Virus record (IMG/VR): IMGVR_UViG_3300020460_000012
Reading direction: 5' to 3' (one strand)
Source: a virus
Taxonomy: Duplodnaviria; Caudoviricetes
DNA: 64,000 nt
Under the pieces are notes generated by a model. The model saw only the letters and a program-made list of their open reading frames with translations. It did no database searches and was not told the DNA's origin. Made by a program: the position numbers and the translations under genes. How positions within the stretch are numbered: the stretch's first letter is position 1; the number at the start of each line of letters is the position of its first letter. Below, piece by piece: positions 12,001-19,271 of this stretch.

Positions 12001-12188
12001 CATTACCAGAAGAGTTTACTCTAAACGGACAAGTTTTAACTTTAAGTGCTATTCCTGCATTGAATACTAAGGTAACAGTGATTAAAAAGACTGGTCAAAC
12101 ATGGACAAATACAGGAGAAACACTAGGAGAAGCTGAAAATTCTATAGCACGATTCTTACGAGCAGGAACTTCGGCGCTACCAGAATAA
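3..12188 (+). CDS. Giant virion structural protein, probable baseplate wedge (5'-truncated, more than 4,060 aa)
   Basis: The frame is open from position 3 (SEVDNTL-AADF), so the real start lies upstream of the window. It has 5 CBM5/12-like W-x(5-6)-Y-xx-G-xx-V repeats, about 7 FG-GAP-like blades (e.g. RFGESISVSPDGEYLAVG, GFADKVSMNPEGTKIAVSAP) and repeated NPGSGY Ig-like units. It sits directly upstream of tail-fibre genes. Confidence 0.7.
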   Translation, partial: SEVDNTLAADFQQWLRLIGSKEYTEHDFYDPNNSFTFNYASASTPLGNGHPGFWRGAYMHAYGTDRPNATPWEMLGFTMKPTWWEATYGPAPYSGDNLVLWKDLEEGRIKEPGVAEVVNGKYARPGLTNHIPVDGQGKLRSPRDSNFARAFLRRQATNGWKFGDHAPVETAWRRSSEFPFAILLAYLLNKPAKVMGLGFDVSRTKKNLVKQWIQNDTNKPIQLSTAKLPNTYKDDTRVLTCGLVNYIYNLVASDVLSVYTDYKNNLANLRNQLGFKVGGFTDTSKFNLILDSRSPTKQADRDGIFVPQESFKVFNNTSSPLEMVTYSGMSVEKAGSGYIIRGYSNTSPEFEYYKPKQGSSKITVTVGGISEASSEWSANTFYERGQVIQFKNEFYRAARQFTSGDTFTADDTVAKLDELPITGGRTAHFFKDFDETEVFKLQYGTRLSTTQEVVDLMLGYNARQKVLGFSFNEVDSFNEKVENWENTAREFMFFTTQGWAAGTVITLSPGAPKIEFSRPNVVVDNLYDTFYEYSIFKADGQPLSAELNGVVREGNSFGLAVADSDEGIYHVALPLVQKEHVILLENKTAFSDVIYEPKSGYRQERIKVSGYRTADWDGGLNLPGFLYDEAKIVDWSQWKDYKIGELVKYKQFYYTAKNNIPGSKNFNASSWLQLSNKPEPELTANMDYKANQFTDFYDLDSAGFDSEQQRLAQHLIGYQKRQYLANIINDDVSQFKFYRGFIGEKGTMNALTKLFESLGTGQESALDFYEEWAIQTGRFGATDNTKQVEFSLKEDLMTETPQAFELLNTLPTTNYEKVYRILPNEVFDKPENYNHEPFPTKVISSADEYIKTGGYVSEEDVAFVAGSIPELALGDVNAVNLGDYIWVVETGKNTWSVYQVIPANVNVVSATVRTDTISNDGMRLIDLQLDTWADIPYDGIKALITVNDIIGVRGATAYNLDGMYAIEKDGIDLTKVTIKADINVETEDFEGESFQVVKFREVRRATIDELNVSRYDMYEKQKVWIDNYNGDWAVLENNPAFSENQTIYNTSDFDSTAHDFSKGGTVTENNNDVFVSAPGDGSGKITHYKRTNEKNNLVYDNVIQLDANDDLLNTASTSRFGESISVSPDGEYLAVGMPNATGIKTKFKGDFDKTQTYTKADIVKYRESLWKANREILPEISSQAFTTFDTYVNLAASADADSTTLQLLVAGDPGLANNTVDHLLVRAPKDMYLGTSAGDTISLYWNQRSFAYPTLDNYLPFNGAIPQINFSFLTGQHTIVHKVDHVLFVSTFVTLPTVGQTVTTNTGSATVAYVGTKADSAVIYIKDTNGIFNVTDELFIDETIFVGFYSETSTYNTSSAVDGFWYINTGFSYSNNATYYDTGRGLVYADVRLASSSRAFNTYSNIQQAVGSIGSYVKNKNRASYITHLSYRGDPGGVEADQLSNKWVVRGEKSYTDTLSAGDETEFRIYDLENRTVDVTSAGFSLAILNKKQTIVDLWDGYIDFTFDEFDFNGNVFEPVIGDIISDVQIPNDGQGGLAITTQTTSTAEVVFYRRNFNSVRVYVKALSGDWSQLTNIGKYSIQRNANTAVRGIADVNRVMGTVADVDNDIAVGTATVGKLIVFENSSQFNVVTNPEIVDEEYWFFNENTEQGISRTENPPYSLNKDYTQVFHIQAEATGVAGPNTEGAVAIYRRTEGGNYRRQYVFVSEHRKENRKFGKKVKLVQKGNYYTLAVSSEGLGTREDPGSIEFYRHGVKPEQVNNFRGNYQIAAYSVGDIVKNNDLFYLCIRAAASTNFVSDPVYWENISWKHGKDRNYRGVWDNTYRYEKGTIVEYNNQLYKAKTNIAVGASWAPTSWDLLTTNIDYIGMLPNRTSKTFYTDENIFDPIQDIQQFSKDFDLSKDGDVLVTTSTQVATDSTRDIAVVIYREVDDKFQFSQMITEKSAVDGFADKVSMNPEGTKIAVSAPLEDTTRINQGVVNIYSADTSGTFGTPITTSTQIDWTQFATAVLEMSSNNFTHPLVPFLKTQHTDGRIYADANLSGNIADSVDQQADDINVWDALEWQRYAADQDNHTVNSHSWIDGTVKSAFLKVASSYPSALKTVNVDVGECTPNQILLPPQDEESEKFGHSVEWGSEYLAISSLNGDQKIPTEFDTYTKTQTDSYQLDVTSDRKQTPTTFDNKFTTFKNIKIDKGVIYLYETLENKVTQSEVITFPLIQTTFGENLLAQGNHLYVGLPQQFDNNKRGAVVDFRKLPGNNAWKQIRSSVTPVDVDKIRGAFLYNKRENQIVTYLDFIDPVQGKIAGIAEQEIDFKTKYDPAFYNTGQLADDNVDPNRHWAEKYIGKVWWNIAGARFAHPYQGSTNFQRNVWNTQLEGSTINVYEWVESKLLPSTWDSIADTDEGLAQGISGISLFGNTKYTTRLVYDSVSKTFNSLYYFWVENKKTIPANTKRLLSIRNIAALIGNPKDQKYRYLSLLSKNKFLLTNCNDIVNNDDIVLNIKYTNDNLQKQKQNTHSQYQILSKGLSTSVPNPDIQLKWFDSLIGFDDKERKVPNTDVPVKSRYGIQNRPRQGMFVNRFEALKQFIERVNLVCKQNLLADEYDLSSLSMKEPLPTLLSGEYDHKVSTYSEINFISTSKVTPAKLTPVVLNGKIVRVTIDDAGRGYKVAPRLKITGAGKDAEVKLTIDTLGKITSATVENQGTGYDENTYISVRRYSVLVEADNTVFNKWALYSWNETDSVWFRRSIQDYDVTQFWSQIDWYADGYNQFTEIDDIIAGSYLLTSLDNSIGDVVKINSVGSGGWLLLEKIADEDTEDYTVNYKTIGRQNGTIEFNDRLYDYTKNTVGFDNRSFDSYFYDNTPAKELRIILNAIKDKIFIGTLAVEYNELFFASLRYVLAEQKGADWLFKTSFVKAKHNLGPLYQDLTFNNDNLANYEAYINEVKPYSTNVREFVSNYSTVQETNTTISDFDLPPEYNNLTKAIEASKAQVIDGVVVSSPNSASIYPRKHWADNNSYQVKEIKISNPGSGYTYTPTVKITNTEGSGATAKAYLGYGKITKIEVTNPGSGYIKQPIVTIEGPQSEGSVKATATAILGNGVVRAPTIVTKFDRISGKTYYTTLLQESTFAGTGSQLTYNLEWPMDLSASKVKVFVGKDANNLVEQLRSAYTFTNIENDTAGYTREQGRITFTTPPKNNDVIKISYYRPLSLLTAEDRINFAYNPTKEMYGKELSQLMTGIDYGGVQVRSFEFDKPAGWDSAGWYTDSWDTFDNTFEDEVFYSDGSTNAVQLTKPMANGIMYNFYLNGVRIDDPNYDNSTLNKNPSAITNSIIGDGVTDTLDLETMGIRLAPSDVLIIRKTTSDGSTLPDAESYDTALSGGDLAYKTATGLKAEDIIIDGDDFVTPTTSGGPEELVPGQVLDTLDIKVFTRDSAGQGRIHSQSYTMTNQTIYDLGVIPRTAPAVIVKVANVIQPTSNYTIDWNLNTITLNNPTPGAELNIIAMAQGTQKVLDFGTGQSVAGQSDYLTTVDWEEGVSVFVSVNGVAYNDVVVFNSAEDSVPGPAKVGIRFSTPLEASNYKIHYTVFSDSTKINYSQVSKDQFQADGTTKSFSLATTPFYAKPNEHNIIVKVANKILNPGYNIQYTIDSDNTREYKIESFQQPIGSNAASDIKVFVDGVEKFTPNEWRFDIANSQVVLADEVGKPGSTVELFAITDGEYRITGNVITLDSTPAQDTIIEVFQFSNHDLLGLERINYDVVKRTLLLSTDVQNTTYNRLTVGEITLRSKAVDAEYVWVSVNGELLTPSVDYYLTDDQMKVRLVRTPEANDVIDVLHFSEKVSTEKFAYRQFKDMLNRTHFKRLDKEATTLSVPLNSTDLRIEVVDGTNLSVPSKGQNIPGVLFINGERIEYFVKEGNTLKQLRRGTLGTGVKSVYPAGQKVFDQNISKTIPYKDMTQSQSFNGDGATTAFTLGFDVTSADEIEVFSAGSRLRKTTLQSFDPAVALDSPDGDTTLPEEFTLNGQVLTLSAIPALNTKVTVIKKTGQTWTNTGETLGEAENSIARFLRAGTSALPE

Positions 12189-12191
12189 ATA
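12185..12191 (+). promoter_or_regulatory. T4-late-like promoter motif ATAAATA
   Basis: Overlaps the stop of the giant ORF, 16 nt before the ATG at 12208. The same core recurs in most intergenic gaps. Confidence 0.55.
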
Positions 12192-12207
12192 CAGTATAGG
12201 AAATACA

Positions 12208-12810
12208 ATGAGCGAAAATATGCAAGATAAAAACGGAGTACTAGTACAGGGTCATATCAAGATATTTGATCCTAAATCGCAAGAAGTTTACGTAGATAAG
12301 CGTAATGCAATTCATTATGAAAATATGAGTATTGCATTAGCAGAAAGCCTTGCTAATGAAGGTGCAGGATTTATATATGAAATGAGCTTCGGCAACGGCG
12401 GAACTTCAGTCGATCCAACTGGTATTATTACATATCTTACACCTAACAGTACAGGTACAAACGCTACATTGTATAATCAAACGTATACAAAAGTAGTAGA
12501 CGAAAAAAGTGTTAACAATACTGACACTGCAAGAAATAAAACAGAAACAAGACATGTAAGCGGAACAAACTACACAGATATACTTGTTTCATGTTTGCTT
12601 GATTACGGTGAACCGAGTGGACAACAAGCATTTGATAATGCTACTGATCCAGAAAATGCTTACGTATTTGATGAACTTGGATTAAGAAGTTATAGTGCAA
12701 GCGGTACAGGACGCTTAATTACTCATGTAATTTTTCATCCTGTACAAAAATCATTGAACAGATTGATACAGATAGATTATACTGTTCGTGTACAGAGTTT
12801 AGCGGGTTAA
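12208..12810 (+). CDS. Virion structural protein (baseplate/tail-associated), 200 aa
   Basis: AGGA RBS. Lies between the giant structural gene and the tail fibres. The C-terminus (FDELGL...LITHVIFHPVQKSLNRLIQIDYTVRV) resembles phage fibre-attachment proteins. Confidence 0.6.
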   Translation: MSENMQDKNGVLVQGHIKIFDPKSQEVYVDKRNAIHYENMSIALAESLANEGAGFIYEMSFGNGGTSVDPTGIITYLTPNSTGTNATLYNQTYTKVVDEKSVNNTDTARNKTETRHVSGTNYTDILVSCLLDYGEPSGQQAFDNATDPENAYVFDELGLRSYSASGTGRLITHVIFHPVQKSLNRLIQIDYTVRVQSLAG

Positions 12811-12820
12811 GGAAAAGATT

Positions 12821-14881
12821 ATGGCATATGCAATTAATTACACTGACTCCGTAAATAAAGGAACAATTACTGTTGAAGACAATACTATAAACTCTGAAAC
12901 TACTATTAGTCTACCTGGTAGATTTACAACAGCATATGGCCAAGCAATCAGTGAAAACTTTTTACATTTATTAGAAAATTTTGCAAATAGTTCTGCACCA
13001 GAGAGACCTGTAGAAGGTCAATTATGGTATGATACTACAACAGGTGTCGACCAACTAAAAATTTATGATGGAACAATTTGGCAAGCGGCCGCAGGGTTGA
13101 AAAAAGCAAGCTCAGAACCAGCAGTGGCAAATAGCAGTGCAGGCGATTTATGGGTAAACACAGGCTCGCAACAATTATATTTGTTTACAGGATCTACTTG
13201 GGTTTTAGTTGGACCAGAATTTACAGATGGATTATTAACTGGTACAAAGTCGGAAGTTTTAGCAGGAACTGACAATTTAAGTTATACAGTATTGTCTATT
13301 AAGGTACAAGACAAAACTGCATTTATTATAAGTGATAGAGCTTTTACACCTAAAACAGCTATTGCAGGATTTACAACAGGAATTAAAGCAGGTATTAATA
13401 TTAGTTCTGTAGCATTAGTCGGCACAGAAACATTAAAATATTATGGAACAGCTGAAAAAGCAGATGCATTAGTAATTGGAAATACAACAGTACCAGCGGC
13501 GAATTTTGTAAGAACAGACGTTAGCTCAACATCAAATTTTGATTTAAAAGTAAAAAATAATGATGGTGTTGTAATTGGTACAGGAGGACAATTAAGCCTA
13601 GGTGTTGACGGTGAGCAGGGAGTTATCCAACACAACACTAGCGGATCTAATATTGATTTTAGATTAAGAAGCGGCACTTCTACACCTACAATTATGCGTA
13701 TTGACGCATCAGGAAAAGTAGGAATCAACAATAGTGCTCCTGAGCAAGATCTTGATGTTGCAGGTAATATTAAACTTACACCAAAAGCAGGAGTTGCTGG
13801 TTCAGGTTATTTACAGCTTACTAGTACAACAGATAGCAGTAGTATTAGCACAGGATCATTAATTACAGCAGGTGGTATAGGCGTAGCATTAAATGCTTAT
13901 ATAGGTGGTAACGTTGATGTAGGAGGAATACTACAAACAGGTAATATTGCACCTGACACTGGATCTAGTAGGAATATTGGAACATTAATTAACAAATATG
14001 ACAGCATATATGCAAATACATTTTTTGGTAATTTACAAGGAAATGTTAGCGGTACAGTTAGCGGCAGGGCAGGCTCTGCAGATAAGTTAGCTAGTGCAAC
14101 AACTTTTGCAGTTACTGGTGATGTTGATGCGGCTAGTTTTGAATTTGATGGACAAACTGGCGGCAGTACAAAAACATTTAATATGTCAATTGCTAATACC
14201 TTTATTAGTAATAAAACTGTTACATATGCCGCTGAGAACTCAGATGAATTATTACTGAATAGACCAACAGGTACAACAGGTGTGTTTAGAATTACTAAAA
14301 GTAATTTCCTTAAATCAGTGCCTATTACTCCAGTTGGATCAATGGTTATATATGGTGGAACTACTGCACCTGCAGGATGGTTATTTTGTGATGGCACAGA
14401 AGTTAGAAAATCAGATTACAACGATTTATGGTTAGCTATAGGATTTAATTTTAAAGATGCTTCGCTTATTTCAGATGCAGGAGTTAACTTTTTTGCACTA
14501 CCTGATTTAAGAGGTAGATTTGCATTAGGTATGGATAATATGGGCGGAAACACTGCCAATAGGGTTACAGATGCTACAGCAGATACAATAGGCGGAACAG
14601 GCGGTGCTCAAAATACAACAATTCAGCTTAATAATTTACCAGAACACGAACATGATATGGAAGGTGATAGCGGTACTCAGTACTATGCAACAAGAGTAGG
14701 AACAGGTACTCCTGCAGATTCAGGAGCCATTCAACTTTCAATTACTTCTGGAACACAAGGTACACAAGGTCTTGCGTCAAGTGGAGGTATTAAAACTACA
14801 TCTTCATTAGGAACAGCAATGGATACAATAGATCCTTACTTGGCTGTAAACTATATTATATATACTGGAGTAACAACATGA
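12821..14881 (+). CDS. Tail fibre protein with tail-collar domain, 686 aa
   Basis: C-terminal tail-collar motif PVGSMVIYGGTTAPAGWLFCDG...FALPDLRGRF. G/T/S-rich. N-terminus shared with the next two genes. Confidence 0.85.
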   Translation: MAYAINYTDSVNKGTITVEDNTINSETTISLPGRFTTAYGQAISENFLHLLENFANSSAPERPVEGQLWYDTTTGVDQLKIYDGTIWQAAAGLKKASSEPAVANSSAGDLWVNTGSQQLYLFTGSTWVLVGPEFTDGLLTGTKSEVLAGTDNLSYTVLSIKVQDKTAFIISDRAFTPKTAIAGFTTGIKAGINISSVALVGTETLKYYGTAEKADALVIGNTTVPAANFVRTDVSSTSNFDLKVKNNDGVVIGTGGQLSLGVDGEQGVIQHNTSGSNIDFRLRSGTSTPTIMRIDASGKVGINNSAPEQDLDVAGNIKLTPKAGVAGSGYLQLTSTTDSSSISTGSLITAGGIGVALNAYIGGNVDVGGILQTGNIAPDTGSSRNIGTLINKYDSIYANTFFGNLQGNVSGTVSGRAGSADKLASATTFAVTGDVDAASFEFDGQTGGSTKTFNMSIANTFISNKTVTYAAENSDELLLNRPTGTTGVFRITKSNFLKSVPITPVGSMVIYGGTTAPAGWLFCDGTEVRKSDYNDLWLAIGFNFKDASLISDAGVNFFALPDLRGRFALGMDNMGGNTANRVTDATADTIGGTGGAQNTTIQLNNLPEHEHDMEGDSGTQYYATRVGTGTPADSGAIQLSITSGTQGTQGLASSGGIKTTSSLGTAMDTIDPYLAVNYIIYTGVTT

Positions 14882-16746
14882 GCTATCAATTAAATAAAAC
14901 AGATGGTACATTACTTACTTCGTTAATTGACGGGCAGATTGATCAAGCTAGCACAAATTTAACTTTAGTTGGAAAAAACTACACAGGGTATGGCGAAGCG
15001 TTTAATGAAAATTTTATAAAGTTGTTAGAAAATTTTTCTAACACTTCAGCGCCAAGTAATCCCCTAACAGGACAGCTATGGTGGGACACGAGTAATGCTA
15101 GACTTAAAGTTTATACAGGCACACAATGGAAAGCAAGCGGTGGCCCATTTGTGCAAAACACACAACCTACTATGGTTGCAGGCGATTTATGGATTGATAA
15201 TTTAAATAATCAATTGTACGCATTTGATGGTACTGACACTACTTTAGTAGGTCCACAATATACAACAGCACAAAAGAAAAGCGGCTTTGAAATAGGAACA
15301 ATTCTTGATAATCAAAGTAGATCAAGAACAGTAGCATATCTATATATAGGTGGCACTCTTTCTGCAGTTTTAAGTTCACTAGAATTTACACCTACATATT
15401 CTCAACGAGTTTTAGGTTTAGTTGATGCAAGCACTAATCCAAATGGTATAATATATGAAGGTGTTAATATTATTAACAACTCAACGTTTAAGTGGCACGG
15501 GGTTGCAAATAGTTCATTAGCACTTACAGACTCTGCAGGTGTTGCAAGAACTGCTGAACAATTTTTAGCATCAAATGCTAATGATGTAACAACAGGTGCT
15601 TTAACAATTCAAAATTCAGGTGGCTTAACAATAGGGCTTTCGCAAAACAATGTTCAAAAAGTTATTGGTGACAGATTTTATATAGAAAATCAACTTTTAG
15701 ATCATGATTTAAGTTTGCGTGTACGTTCTAACCAATTTAACTCATTGATTGTTGACGCTTTGTATGTAGACGCAAGTACAGCAAGAGTTGGAATATTTAC
15801 AACAAACAGACTGCCACAGTACACATTAGATGTTGAAGGTGATATAAGAGCTACAGGAAACTTAATTGTACAAGGTACGCAAACTACACTTGATACAGTT
15901 ACACTAAGAGTAGAAGATAAAAATATAGAATTAGGCTATCAGTCAGATAGCACAGGCGGTGATGATGTAGGTGCAGACGGAGGTGGTGTTACATTATTAT
16001 CAACAGACTCTAACAAAGAAATCAAATGGCTAAATTCAACTGATTCCTGGACTTTTAACAAGAATATAGATCTATCTGATACTACTAAATCTATTAAGAT
16101 CGGCGGACAAACAAAATTAACAAATACAAGTCTATCAAATATTTTGTATGCTGACGAATTAACAAGAGTAGGCACACTTGTAAATCTGCAGGTAGATAGT
16201 ATTAATATTAATGGTAACACTATTAGTAACAGTGTTTCTAATATTAATCTTACAGCAACAGGAGGAATGGGTATAACACCTGGTGGTGCAGTAACATTTA
16301 CTGGAGCACCACAAATTAAAGGTGTTGGTGATCCTTCAGACATACAGGATGTTGCAACTAAAGCTTATACAGATACAGAAATAGCAAATGAAGTAATAGT
16401 AATGGGTTTTGACATTACCGGATTAGGTACAGGGTCAACATTACAAGCGGCAGTAGCAGGTTATTTAAATGACCTGTATCCTGCAAGTGCGGCAAATAGT
16501 GGAAAACAAGCAAAACTACATTGTACTTCATACGCAAACGCAACAGCAAGTGGTATCGATGTGGATTCAGCTAAAACTATTTCCTATATTGCTGTTGATT
16601 CTAATGGCACACAGAATGAGTCTGTTGTGCAAGATATAGTTTTTGCAGGAGCCAGTGGTAACGTTTCGTTGACTGCGGCACGTAGTTTGATGAGATACCA
16701 GTCAAACGGAACAGCATGGGAGTGGCAGCAAACAACTGCTTATTAA
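14878..16746 (+). CDS. Tail fibre protein paralogue, 622 aa
   Basis: ATGA overlap with the previous gene. Shared N-terminal block GKNYTGYGEAFNENFIKLLENF...GQLWWD. Contains an RVGIFT...PQYTLDVEG fibre repeat. Confidence 0.75.
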   Translation: MSYQLNKTDGTLLTSLIDGQIDQASTNLTLVGKNYTGYGEAFNENFIKLLENFSNTSAPSNPLTGQLWWDTSNARLKVYTGTQWKASGGPFVQNTQPTMVAGDLWIDNLNNQLYAFDGTDTTLVGPQYTTAQKKSGFEIGTILDNQSRSRTVAYLYIGGTLSAVLSSLEFTPTYSQRVLGLVDASTNPNGIIYEGVNIINNSTFKWHGVANSSLALTDSAGVARTAEQFLASNANDVTTGALTIQNSGGLTIGLSQNNVQKVIGDRFYIENQLLDHDLSLRVRSNQFNSLIVDALYVDASTARVGIFTTNRLPQYTLDVEGDIRATGNLIVQGTQTTLDTVTLRVEDKNIELGYQSDSTGGDDVGADGGGVTLLSTDSNKEIKWLNSTDSWTFNKNIDLSDTTKSIKIGGQTKLTNTSLSNILYADELTRVGTLVNLQVDSININGNTISNSVSNINLTATGGMGITPGGAVTFTGAPQIKGVGDPSDIQDVATKAYTDTEIANEVIVMGFDITGLGTGSTLQAAVAGYLNDLYPASAANSGKQAKLHCTSYANATASGIDVDSAKTISYIAVDSNGTQNESVVQDIVFAGASGNVSLTAARSLMRYQSNGTAWEWQQTTAY

Positions 16747-16762
16747 ACATATGATAAAAACG

Positions 16763-16769
16763 ATAAATA
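16763..16769 (+). promoter_or_regulatory. T4-late-like promoter motif ATAAATA
   Basis: Intergenic. Followed by an ATAAGTA variant (16772-16778), a GAGG RBS and the ATG at 16794. Confidence 0.55.
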
Positions 16770-16793
16770 ACATAAGTACTACGAGGAACAGCA

Positions 16794-18269
16794 ATGGCAT
16801 ATCAAATAGACAGATACAATAATACGCTTTTAACAAACGTAGAAGATGGTACCGTTGACCAAACCACGGATTTAAAGTTCATTGGTAAGAATTATGCAGG
16901 TTACGGTGAAATTCAAAACGAAAACTTCCTGTTTTTGTTGGAAAATTTTAGTGGAGCGACAGCACCTGCTAAGCCACTAAGTGGTCAAGTTTGGTATGAT
17001 AGCTCTGTTTCAAAGTTAAAATTTTATGACGGAACAAAGTGGAGAACAAACGGAGGTTCAGAAGCGGCTTCCACAGAACCAACAGGGTTATCAATTGGCG
17101 ATTTTTGGTTCGATACAACAAATAATCAATTATATGTTTATAACGGAACAATTTTTGTTTTAATAGGTCCACAAAACGCAGGTAGCGGTATTACACAAAT
17201 GCAAAGCTTATCTTTGCTGGACACAGGCGGTACTACAAGAAATGTAATAGCAGGAACAATTAATAGTGAAACTGTTATGCTTATTAGTACTAACGAGTTT
17301 GATATTGCCGCAAGTAATTCAATAACAGGATTTGACAGAGTTAAAAAGGGTATTACTTTAGTTAATACACAATTAGCAAGTAATGGAGTAACAACACCAG
17401 CAGGACACTATTTTTGGGGTACAGCATCTGATTCGTTAAGATTAGGAGGTGTTCTTGCATCTAACTTTATACAACAATCATCAGGTGGTGCTAATACTGT
17501 GTTTACTACTACAGTTGAATTTCCTGATAGCGGAATTCAAATTGGCAATTCACAAGATTTACAATTATTAATTGAAAACGGTACAGAAGGTGTTATACAG
17601 AACGTTACTGGTAATAACAGTAAGATTAAAGTTAAAAGTACAAATGGATCTGGCACTACAACACACTCAGTAACATTTGATTCTACAGGAATTACTCCAG
17701 CAGTAGATAATACATTTGCTTTGGGTAGCGGATCATTAAAGTTTTCAAATGTATATGCAACTAATTTTACAGGTGAGGCTTCACAAGCAACTGCACTTAG
17801 AGTAGGTACAGATTTTAGAACCGCAAGTGCAAGTGCATCAAATAATACGGTAGCTGTAAGAGATGCAACAGGCAATATTGCGGCTAACTTATTTCAAGGA
17901 ACTGCTACACAGGCAAGGTACGCTGACTTAGCAGAAAATTATTTAACTGATGAAATATATCCAGTAGGTACAGCAATGGCTGTAGGCGGCGATGCAGAAG
18001 CAAGATCCGCAAAAGTTGGAGATTATTGTATTGGTGTAATATCTGAGAATCCAGCTTACTTAATGAACTCAGAAGCGGGGGGCCAAGCAATTGGCTTAAA
18101 AGGTAGAGTTCCTGTTAGGGTAAACGGTCCAGTTTCAAAAGGGCAAGCAGTTTTTGCTTGGAAAGACGGAGTATGTAGTACTATTACTACGAATGCGTTA
18201 GTTGGTATTGCACTTGAAACAAGTACTGAAGATGGTGAAAAATTAGTCGAATGTGTACTCAAAGTTTAA
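16794..18269 (+). CDS. Tail fibre protein paralogue with C-terminal peptidase-G2/chaperone-like domain, 491 aa
   Basis: Same N-terminal block as the two previous genes. The C-terminal QARYADLAENY...IGVISENPAYLMN...LKGRVPVRV is typical of this fibre C-terminal domain. Confidence 0.75.
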   Translation: MAYQIDRYNNTLLTNVEDGTVDQTTDLKFIGKNYAGYGEIQNENFLFLLENFSGATAPAKPLSGQVWYDSSVSKLKFYDGTKWRTNGGSEAASTEPTGLSIGDFWFDTTNNQLYVYNGTIFVLIGPQNAGSGITQMQSLSLLDTGGTTRNVIAGTINSETVMLISTNEFDIAASNSITGFDRVKKGITLVNTQLASNGVTTPAGHYFWGTASDSLRLGGVLASNFIQQSSGGANTVFTTTVEFPDSGIQIGNSQDLQLLIENGTEGVIQNVTGNNSKIKVKSTNGSGTTTHSVTFDSTGITPAVDNTFALGSGSLKFSNVYATNFTGEASQATALRVGTDFRTASASASNNTVAVRDATGNIAANLFQGTATQARYADLAENYLTDEIYPVGTAMAVGGDAEARSAKVGDYCIGVISENPAYLMNSEAGGQAIGLKGRVPVRVNGPVSKGQAVFAWKDGVCSTITTNALVGIALETSTEDGEKLVECVLKV

Positions 18270-18278
18270 GGATCGATT

Positions 18279-19220
18279 ATGGCAGATATTACCGCGGCTC
18301 GATTAAATAACTTACAATCGAGAATAGCATTAATACTTGGAACAGGAAGCGGCACTAGCGGTTACGGACAAACCCTAGTATCCTCCCAAGTTGTCGCTGA
18401 TTCAATCGTAGATGCGGACGATATCAATAATATTTTTACTGACATGGTTAAAGCAAGGATACACCAAGTAGGTATCCAAGAAACAGGAATTAGACAAGTT
18501 GTTGAAGACCTAAATACTATTGCAGAAGAAACAAGTAAAAATATTGATAATTCAGGTAATGAAACAGCTGATGCTGAAGGTACAAAAAAAGGTATAGCTG
18601 ACTATGAGTCATTAATGACTCAAATAGAAACTGACAAATTATTACTTCATTCAAGTCAAGCTGCCTTAGAACCACAACTTACAAGCACAAGAACAACTAC
18701 TTGGAACGGAATAATTACACATATATTTCAAGTTACTTGGGGATCAGCTGACGAAAGACGTCATTTTTTTAATGCAGGTGGAGAAATAAGATTATCTGCA
18801 AATAATTCAGGAGCAAACGGTCCTAAAGGATTAGATTGGGCCGCATTATGTAGTGAAATTGGTGTAGTAAAATTCGGGCAAGATACTACTACAGCAACTG
18901 GTTCAGGTACTAGTTATGCAATCGGAAACAATGATGTGACATCTGCATATCAAAACTGTTTTCAGAAAGTAGGAGCAGGCACATACAGTGGAATTTATGC
19001 TGGTAACCTATACACAGTAAAAGTTAGAATGCCAAATGCAGGCATTAACGAAGGTGTGCTTGAATTTAGAATAGAATTCAATGATGTTGTTTTTGACAAC
19101 ACAGTAGATAATAATGTTGACGGAGCACTAACAAGTACAGTTCAGCAGTATAGAGCAGTTGGTCCTACAAGTGTTACTTCTGTAAGTCCTACATATTTTA
19201 CTACTGATGCACTCCAGTAA
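18279..19220 (+). CDS. Virion structural protein, 313 aa (paralogue of 19272-20219)
   Basis: Shares TWNGIITHIFQVTW...RRHFFNAGGEIRLS...LDW with the next gene. Lies in the structural cluster. Confidence 0.6.
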   Translation: MADITAARLNNLQSRIALILGTGSGTSGYGQTLVSSQVVADSIVDADDINNIFTDMVKARIHQVGIQETGIRQVVEDLNTIAEETSKNIDNSGNETADAEGTKKGIADYESLMTQIETDKLLLHSSQAALEPQLTSTRTTTWNGIITHIFQVTWGSADERRHFFNAGGEIRLSANNSGANGPKGLDWAALCSEIGVVKFGQDTTTATGSGTSYAIGNNDVTSAYQNCFQKVGAGTYSGIYAGNLYTVKVRMPNAGINEGVLEFRIEFNDVVFDNTVDNNVDGALTSTVQQYRAVGPTSVTSVSPTYFTTDALQ

Positions 19221-19243
19221 ATTTTTTACCCCCACTTCAAACG

Positions 19244-19250
19244 CTAAATA
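19244..19250 (+). promoter_or_regulatory. T4-late-like promoter motif CTAAATA
   Basis: Intergenic, upstream of a GAGG RBS and the ATG at 19272. Confidence 0.5.
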
Positions 19251-19271
19251 GTACTATAGAGAGGTTATTTC

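Noticed and set aside
464-18262. Short minus-strand and out-of-frame ORFs in the track (e.g. 4688-4996, 13441-13731, 13897-14397, 15939-16343, 17537-17875)
   Set aside because: They lie wholly within long plus-strand genes, show no recognisable motifs, and have the P/V/L-rich composition expected of antisense shadows of G/T/S-rich genes.
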